Part shown: positions 58,414 to 64,000 of the stretch, in pieces | Position numbering within the stretch: the stretch's first letter is position 1 | Layout: each line of letters opens with the position of its first letter | DNA from: Yoonia sp. | Lineage (GTDB): Bacteria; Pseudomonadota; Alphaproteobacteria; Rhodobacterales; Rhodobacteraceae | Direction of reading: 5' to 3' | NCBI RefSeq assembly: GCF_017854415.1 | Contig: NZ_JAFMHR010000001.1 | Location: 6-64,005 of the forward strand | Length of the DNA stretch: 64,000 nucleotides | Translations under genes and position numbers: made by a program | The notes under the pieces: generated by a model | Told to the model about the DNA's origin: nothing | Seen by the model: only the letters and a program-made list of their open reading frames with translations | Database searches by the model: none

Positions 58414-58997
58414 AACAACCATTAGGGGTGATCCTCGCTGGCGGCCAAGCGACGCGCATGGGTGGCGGCGACAAGGGACTGTTGACGCTTGGTGGTGGCA
58501 CGATCCTGAGCCATGTGATTGACCGGCTGGAACCACAGGTCGCTGATCTGGCGCTAAATGCGAATGGCAATGTTACGCGTTTTGCAGACCTTGGTTTGCC
58601 TGTGATCAGCGATAGTATTTCAGGATTTGCAGGGCCACTTTCGGGCGTGCTGGCTGGTCTTGATTGGGCGGCTGAACAGGGTGTTGACCATATTGTCACT
58701 GCTGCCGCAGACACTCCGTTTTTCCCATGTGATCTGGTTGCGCAACTTCTGCTCGCTGCTCAAACCGCAGGGACAAACATCGCATTGGCGCGCACGACGG
58801 GGGGGCGGCACCCGACGTTCGGGCTTTGGCCAACCGTATTGCGCGATGATCTACGCAGCGCTTTGGCGGGTGGATTACGCAAAGTCGTCCTGTGGACCGA
58901 TCAGCACAGTGCCGCAACCGCGCATTTCCCGGATGATGCGGCCTTTTTCAACGTAAACACGCCCAATGATCTGGCGACAGCACAGGACATGCTATGA
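58410..58997 (+). CDS. mobA: molybdenum cofactor guanylyltransferase
   Basis: GVILAGGQATRMGGGDKGLL, GPLSG. ATGA overlap with fdhD. Confidence 0.85.
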   Translation: MKQPLGVILAGGQATRMGGGDKGLLTLGGGTILSHVIDRLEPQVADLALNANGNVTRFADLGLPVISDSISGFAGPLSGVLAGLDWAAEQGVDHIVTAAADTPFFPCDLVAQLLLAAQTAGTNIALARTTGGRHPTFGLWPTVLRDDLRSALAGGLRKVVLWTDQHSAATAHFPDDAAFFNVNTPNDLATAQDML

Positions 58998-59485
58998 GGA
59001 TTTTCGGCGTCGTCGGGTATAAAAACGCAGGGAAAACAGGGCTGATGGAACGGCTTGTCACAGAAATCGCAGGACGCGGCTTCAGTGTCTCGACCGTCAA
59101 ACACGCCCACCATAGCTTTGACGTCGATCATCCCGGAAAAGATAGCTACCGGCACCGCCAAGCGGGCGCGCACCAAGTGTTGCTTTCCTCACGCGCGCGC
59201 TGGGCTTTGATGACCGAATTGCGCAACCAGGAAGAAGCGCCACTAGCCGATCTACTGACCCGCCTGAACCCCGTCGACCTAGTCTTGGTCGAAGGCTACA
59301 AGCGCGACACCCATGCCAAGATCGAAGCCTACCGCAGCGTGACAGGAAACCCGCTGATCGCACGCGATGATACGACAATACGCGCGGTCGCCAGCGATAC
59401 AGCTTTGGACGTGACCCAACCTGTCTTCGATTTGAACGACACGAAAACCATTGCGGATTTCATCCTCAAAGAGGTCGAACTTTGA
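58994..59485 (+). CDS. mobB: molybdopterin-guanine dinucleotide biosynthesis protein B
   Basis: P-loop GYKNAGKTG and the VKHAHH motif. ATGA overlap with mobA. Confidence 0.85.
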   Translation: MRIFGVVGYKNAGKTGLMERLVTEIAGRGFSVSTVKHAHHSFDVDHPGKDSYRHRQAGAHQVLLSSRARWALMTELRNQEEAPLADLLTRLNPVDLVLVEGYKRDTHAKIEAYRSVTGNPLIARDDTTIRAVASDTALDVTQPVFDLNDTKTIADFILKEVEL

Positions 59486-61584
59486 CGTTCGACACCTTCT
59501 TGATGGTCGATTGGTCGGGCGGAAATGACCGGGGCCCCTCGCCCAAGAAAGACGCGATATGGGTTTGTGCCGCACGGGGCGGCGTTGCAGATGAACCGAT
59601 CTACATGCGCAATAGGCAGGTGGCCGAAGATTGGATTTCGGCCTTCCTCAGATTCGAACATTCTGCAGGTCGGCGCGTTCTTGCAGGCTTTGATTTTGCC
59701 TTTGGATACCCCGCCGGATTTGGCCGCGCCCTCACAAGAAGCGATGATCCCTTCGCCATTTGGCAGTGGATCACTGACCGGATTGAGGACAGCCCGAACG
59801 CAAATAACCGATTTGATGTAGCGGGTCAGATAAACGCGCAGTTTGACGGTATCGGGCCGTTTTGGGGCAACGGCCTCAAGCGTGATATTGCGCACTTGCC
59901 GCGCAAAGGGTTGGCCCGCCGCGCGCATGGCATGCCGGAAAAACGTCGTGCCGAAGACGATGCCAAAGGCGCGTTTCCCGTGTGGCAATTGTCTGGCGCT
60001 GGTGCTGTTGGCAGCCAAGTTCTGATGGGTCTTCCCACGCTCACCCGCCTGCGCGATGCGTTCCTGCCAGACATAGCCGTTTGGCCATTCGAGCCATTGG
60101 ACAAACCTATCGCCATTGTCGAAATCTGGCCGTCTCTGATTTCAAAAGCAGTCAGCGCGACACAGCCTGCAGGCCGGATCAAAGACGCGCATCAAGTGCT
60201 GTTGTTGGCGCAAACCCTGTCTGCACTTTCACCAGATGAGCTAGGCGAAATGCTTAATATTGCACCCACTTCGGAGGGATCAATCTTGGGGCTGGGCCAC
60301 GCGGCACTTCTGGCAAAGGTTGCCAGCAAGCAACTAACCCCACCGCCGCTCAAGAACGATTGTTTCGCGATGCCGCAAGGCGCGCACTGGACACCCGTTG
60401 CAGCGGCACAGGCCCACCTTCAACAGCATCTGAGTTGCGTTGTGGGGCACGAAGCCGTCACGATTGGTGAAGCGGCAGGGCGCATTCTAGCGCGCGACGC
60501 AAAGGCCCAGCGGGCGCATCCCCCTGCCCCGAATTCCGCTGTCGACGGATACGGTTTCGCAGGCCCTGCACCTGCGGGTATTAACCATTTCGCGTTGGTA
60601 GAGGGCCGATCAGCTGCTGGCGCGCCGTTTCACGGCAAAGTTTCCCAAGGGCAAGCCATTCGCATTCTAACTGGCGCAAATCTGCCAACGGGTGTCGATA
60701 CTGTCGTGCTGCAAGAAGACGTGAGTGCCAATGCACAGCAGGTCAGTTTTCACGGCCCCCTCAAGCGCGGTGCGAACGCGCGCGCCGCGGGCGAGGATAT
60801 GCAACAAGGGCAAACGATCTTGCAAAAAGGGCGATTGGTTACGCCTGCTGATACTGGCATGTTTGCTGCTGCTGGCATAGGAGAGGTGGTCGCCTTCAAA
60901 CGATTACGTCTGGGTATTTTGTCAACCGGAGACGAGCTTTGTGAGGCGGATCAAACAGCGGATTCTGGGCAGATTTATGATGCAAACCGTCCCATGCTCT
61001 GCGCGATGGCTGCGCGCTGGGGATATGATGTCATCGACCTTGGCCGCGCGCCTGACAACCGAAGCAAACTGAAAACCATGTTGAACGATGGGGCCACCCG
61101 TTGCGACGCCATCATCGCGTCTGGCGGCGCATCAGCGGGCGACGAAGATCATATGTCAGCGCTGCTCCAGGGGACTGGATCACTGGCCTTGTGGCGGATC
61201 GCAATGAAACCGGGCAGACCATTGGCCTTGGGCCTTTGGGAAAATACCCCTGTCTTTGGACTGCCGGGTAATCCGGTCGCTGCGATGGTTTGCGCACTTA
61301 TTTTTGCCCATCCGTCTCTGCGGGTCATGGCGGGCGGCACATGGACACCGCCCGAAAGCTATTTGCTCCCTGCAGCCTTTGCCAAATCCAAAAAAGACGG
61401 GCGGCGCGAATATCTGCGTGCACGCTACGTGAATGGCCACGTCGAAACCTTTGCGTCCGAAGGGTCAGGGCGGGTGTCTGGCCTAAGCTGGGCCACCGGA
61501 CTGGTTGAACTTGACGATGCGGCGCAAACAATCAACCAAGGCGATCTGGTGCGCTTTATCCCGTTTGCAAGCTTCGGCTTGTGA
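59482..61584 (+). CDS. moeA: fusion protein: unknown ~290-aa N-terminal domain plus molybdopterin molybdenumtransferase MoeA
   Basis: Residues ~292-700 (nt ~60355-61584) are MoeA-like (SAVDGYG..., ILSTGDEL, SGGASAGDEDH, PGNPVAA). Residues 1-291 have no MoeA counterpart. The TTG start overlaps the mobB stop; an alternative ATG lies at 59503. Confidence 0.75.
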   Translation: MTFDTFLMVDWSGGNDRGPSPKKDAIWVCAARGGVADEPIYMRNRQVAEDWISAFLRFEHSAGRRVLAGFDFAFGYPAGFGRALTRSDDPFAIWQWITDRIEDSPNANNRFDVAGQINAQFDGIGPFWGNGLKRDIAHLPRKGLARRAHGMPEKRRAEDDAKGAFPVWQLSGAGAVGSQVLMGLPTLTRLRDAFLPDIAVWPFEPLDKPIAIVEIWPSLISKAVSATQPAGRIKDAHQVLLLAQTLSALSPDELGEMLNIAPTSEGSILGLGHAALLAKVASKQLTPPPLKNDCFAMPQGAHWTPVAAAQAHLQQHLSCVVGHEAVTIGEAAGRILARDAKAQRAHPPAPNSAVDGYGFAGPAPAGINHFALVEGRSAAGAPFHGKVSQGQAIRILTGANLPTGVDTVVLQEDVSANAQQVSFHGPLKRGANARAAGEDMQQGQTILQKGRLVTPADTGMFAAAGIGEVVAFKRLRLGILSTGDELCEADQTADSGQIYDANRPMLCAMAARWGYDVIDLGRAPDNRSKLKTMLNDGATRCDAIIASGGASAGDEDHMSALLQGTGSLALWRIAMKPGRPLALGLWENTPVFGLPGNPVAAMVCALIFAHPSLRVMAGGTWTPPESYLLPAAFAKSKKDGRREYLRARYVNGHVETFASEGSGRVSGLSWATGLVELDDAAQTINQGDLVRFIPFASFGL

Positions 61585-62216
61585 AAATCACCGTCGGTAT
61601 TCCATCGGTTGATATCGATAAGGTAGCGGCGCTGTATTGGGAAGCCTTCGGCAAAAAACTAGGGTTTGTGATGGGGCCCAAAGACCGCGCGCTTAAGTTC
61701 ATTGGGTCGGTTCTGCAGTCCGACCATGGGCTTTGCGCACATGACGATGCAGGGCACTTGTTGGGTGTCGTGGGGTTCAAAACCGCAAAGGGCGCGTTAG
61801 TGGGTGGCGGATATCAAGACTTACGCAGGGTCTATGGCACGATGGGGGCAATCGTCCGCATCGCCGTGTTAGCCGCCCTCGAAAGAGACACCGAAAACCA
61901 ACGTTTCTTGATGGATGGTCTTTTCGTGGACCCACGCGCACGCGGGCAAGGCGTGGGCACGGCCCTGCTTGGTGCCATTTGCGCAGAGGCCGCACATCGT
62001 GGGTATACCCAAGTCAGATTGGATGTGATCGACACCAATCCACGCGCCAGAGCGCTTTACCTCAAAGAAGGGTTCAAAGAGGTAAAGACTACTGGAATTG
62101 GACCGTTGCGATATGTTTTTGGTTTCAGATCATCAACAACGATGGTGCGCGACATTCAACCCGATCCAATCAGTGCACCCGCCGCAAACACCAGCGCACC
62201 GCCCAAGACGACTTGA
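61581..62216 (+). CDS. GNAT-family N-acetyltransferase
   Basis: Acetyl-CoA loop RGQGVGTALL and ARALYLKEGF. The GTG start overlaps the moeA stop (GTGA). Confidence 0.7.
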   Translation: MKITVGIPSVDIDKVAALYWEAFGKKLGFVMGPKDRALKFIGSVLQSDHGLCAHDDAGHLLGVVGFKTAKGALVGGGYQDLRRVYGTMGAIVRIAVLAALERDTENQRFLMDGLFVDPRARGQGVGTALLGAICAEAAHRGYTQVRLDVIDTNPRARALYLKEGFKEVKTTGIGPLRYVFGFRSSTTMVRDIQPDPISAPAANTSAPPKTT

Positions 62217-63133
62217 AACACCGCCTTAAGGAACGGCGTCTGCATATAGCGGTTCTGGATCCAAGCGATCGCCCACAGCTCTACGAAAACCACGATCAGG
62301 GCGATGATTGTTGCCGTCCAAAAGTCGGTAATGAGATAGGGCAGCGCGTGACCCAAGCCGCCAATGGTCGTCATAACGCCAGCAGCAAGCCCACGCTTAT
62401 AAGGCGACCCTCGCCCCGATATTTGACCATCATCAGACGCCGCCTCGGTAAAGCCCATCGAAATGCCCGCGCCGACTGAGGCCGCCAGCCCAACAAGGAA
62501 CGTGGTCCATGTGTCTTGGGTCGCAAAGGCCACCGCGAAAATCGGCGCTAGGGTCGAAACAGACCCGTCCATTAAGCCCGCGAGACCGGGCTGCACCCAT
62601 GTCAGAATAAATTGACGATGGGCAGCAGATTCTTCTTCAGACTTGGTGTCGCCGTCCAGATGCTTTTCAGCCAGCGCGTTTGCCTTGTTGGTGTGGGCCG
62701 CTTCTGCCGCAGCGAGATCGCCAAGAAGCTTGCGAGACGCGGCATCCGTCGTATTTGCGGCAGCCAGCAGGTAAAAGCGCTCCGCATCACGTTCCATCTG
62801 GGCGGCTTCGTCGCGGATTCGTTCCAGACTAAGATTTTCGACAAGCCAAACTGGCCGACGGGCGTAAAATCCCGAAACATGCTCGCGGCGGATCAATGGA
62901 ATCACATCGCCAAAACGGGCAGAATGTAGCGTAATCAGGCGGCGGCGATGTTCGTCTTCTTCTTGGGCCATTCCGTCGAAAACAGCGGCAGATGCCGGAT
63001 AATCTGCGCGCAAGTGTTCCGCATAACCACGGTAGATACGGGCATCGTCTTCTTCCGAAGAAATCGCGAGCGCCAGGATTTCCTGTTCAGATAAATCACG
63101 AAAGCGGCGGCGGTAGGAAAGCTGAGATAGCAT
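62156..63133 (-). CDS. mbfA: membrane-bound ferritin-like iron exporter (erythrin-VIT1/CCC1 fusion)
   Basis: N-terminal ferritin-like/rubrerythrin repeats (EEDDARIY, EEDEHRR, EAAH) and a C-terminal VIT1 5-TM domain. Confidence 0.8.
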   Translation of the reverse strand: MLSQLSYRRRFRDLSEQEILALAISSEEDDARIYRGYAEHLRADYPASAAVFDGMAQEEDEHRRRLITLHSARFGDVIPLIRREHVSGFYARRPVWLVENLSLERIRDEAAQMERDAERFYLLAAANTTDAASRKLLGDLAAAEAAHTNKANALAEKHLDGDTKSEEESAAHRQFILTWVQPGLAGLMDGSVSTLAPIFAVAFATQDTWTTFLVGLAASVGAGISMGFTEAASDDGQISGRGSPYKRGLAAGVMTTIGGLGHALPYLITDFWTATIIALIVVFVELWAIAWIQNRYMQTPFLKAVFQVVLGGALVFAAGALIGSG

Positions 63134-63149
63134 TGTAAATCCCCTCTTG

Positions 63150-63164
63150 TTAGAATGGTTCTAA
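63150..63164. promoter_or_regulatory. Irr iron-control-element (ICE)-like box TTAGAA-tgg-TTCTAA
   Basis: Perfect inverted repeat 17 nt upstream of the mbfA start codon. It matches the TTTAGAA-N3-TTCTAAA consensus apart from the outermost bases. Confidence 0.6.
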
Positions 63165-63286
63165 GTTATACCTCTTTGGCACCAAATCAAGTTCTCAATT
63201 ATCATGTTGAACGATGCATTTCTGCATTCTCCTTGCCCGAAGTGAACCGTTCAGTTTATGATAACAACTCGTTCGTGGAGGAACAG

Positions 63287-63910
63287 ATGCCAGACGGCAC
63301 AATTGAACCCAAAAAAGGCCGGAAATTCGATCAGGTGCTTGAAGGCGCAAGACAAGTCTTTCTGTCTGATGGATTTGAAGGCGCATCGGTTGACGACATC
63401 GCAAAAGCGGCTGGCGTATCAAAAGCCACGCTTTACAGCTACTTTCCCGACAAACGTTTCTTGTTCATGCAAGTGGCGAAAACCGAATGTGCACGCCAAG
63501 CCGAACATGCAATCGAAACGATCAATATGGACGCGCCTGTCGGTCAGGTCTTGCACGATATCGCGATCGAAATGGTCGATTTCATCACCTCGCAATTCGG
63601 CAAGCGCATCTTTCGAATTTGCGTAGGCGAAAGCGACCGCTTTCCTGAACTAGGTCGCGAATTCTACGAAAGCGGCCCGATGCTGATCCGGAACCGCCTA
63701 GTGGACTTCTTTCACAAAGCCGCCGAAAATGGCGAGTTGGACATCATTGATTTTGAACTGGCTGCGGAACAATTCCACGAATTATGCAAAGCAGACCTGT
63801 TCCCGCGTATGGTCTTTAACATGACCGATGAATTCACTCCCGCGGAAAAACTTAGGGTCGTCAACGGCGCGGTCGAGATGTTCATGGCGCGGTATGGGGT
63901 AAAAACCTGA
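63287..63910 (+). CDS. TetR/AcrR-family transcriptional regulator
   Basis: HTH region FEGASVDDIAKAAGVSKATLYSYFPDK. GGAGGA ribosome-binding site at 63277-63282. Confidence 0.85.
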   Translation: MPDGTIEPKKGRKFDQVLEGARQVFLSDGFEGASVDDIAKAAGVSKATLYSYFPDKRFLFMQVAKTECARQAEHAIETINMDAPVGQVLHDIAIEMVDFITSQFGKRIFRICVGESDRFPELGREFYESGPMLIRNRLVDFFHKAAENGELDIIDFELAAEQFHELCKADLFPRMVFNMTDEFTPAEKLRVVNGAVEMFMARYGVKT

Positions 63911-63922
63911 CCATTGAAAAGC

Positions 63923-63951
63923 AAAAGGCCCGATCATTGACCGGACCTTTT
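63923..63951 (+). terminator. hairpin AAAAGGCCCG...CCGGACCTTTT followed by a T-rich run
   Basis: Read directly downstream of the TetR stop. The stem has one mismatch. Confidence 0.45.
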
Positions 63952-64000
63952 CATTCATTCTAGGCCAATCCTAAAACTCAACGACAGCCCTGATCGACTT

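Noticed and set aside
59329-60018. 229-aa minus-strand ORF opposite mobB and the N-domain of the MoeA fusion
   Set aside because: It has no motifs and an Arg/Ala-rich composition. I considered it as an alternative explanation for the unknown N-terminal domain. The plus-strand frame, however, is continuous with MoeA and coupled to mobB.
1-64000. Mobile elements, prophage, defense islands, CRISPR arrays, tRNA/rRNA genes
   Set aside because: I found no transposase, integrase or phage-like ORFs, no repeat-spacer periodicity, no tRNA-like T-arm sequences in the intergenic gaps over 70 bp, and no obvious compositional break apart from the short AT-rich Lrp control region.

Overview
This is a dense, moderately GC-rich window of core chromosome. 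It looks alphaproteobacterial, most likely Rhodobacterales/roseobacter-like. Supporting this: an Mcl1-type malyl-CoA lyase, MbfA with an Irr ICE box, a TIGR02302-like giant protein, a split MnmC, and an aa3 oxidase subunit IV mini-gene. I call about 70 protein genes with almost no intergenic space. Many same-strand neighbours overlap by 1-4 nt (ATGA/TAATG), and several convergent pairs share stop-codon bases. I saw no rRNA, tRNA, CRISPR, transposase, integrase or phage genes, and no defense island. Recognisable content:
- An acid-sugar module (otnK/otnC with a lactonase-like MBL hydrolase)
- pxpBCA
- Divergent mnmC halves
- slt-dapA-(ycaQ + K-channel-like)-smpB
- sseA plus an aminotransferase
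- mcl1-accA
- ftsEX
- argH-lipoprotein-lysA-TIGR02302
- An RND pump
- moaB, and pyrB-X-pyrC-plsY
- gshA, rsmE, ubiA
- A DmdC-like acyl-CoA dehydrogenase
- An Lrp-centred unit, azlCD
- fdhD-mobA-mobB-(unknown domain::moeA)-GNAT
- mbfA and a TetR regulator

Nothing here is an unambiguous new system. The best candidates for undescribed biology are:
- The roughly 290-aa unknown domain fused to MoeA inside a five-gene translationally coupled chain.
- The ABM-lactonase-OtnK-OtnC operon, which lacks the canonical upstream enzymes.
- A tail-anchored protein wedged between pyrB and pyrC.
- The acidic DDAM[T/A]-repeat OmpA protein.
- Several conserved-looking hypotheticals.

All family assignments come from motif recognition by eye, not from searches. 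Start codons were chosen by hand and some are uncertain.
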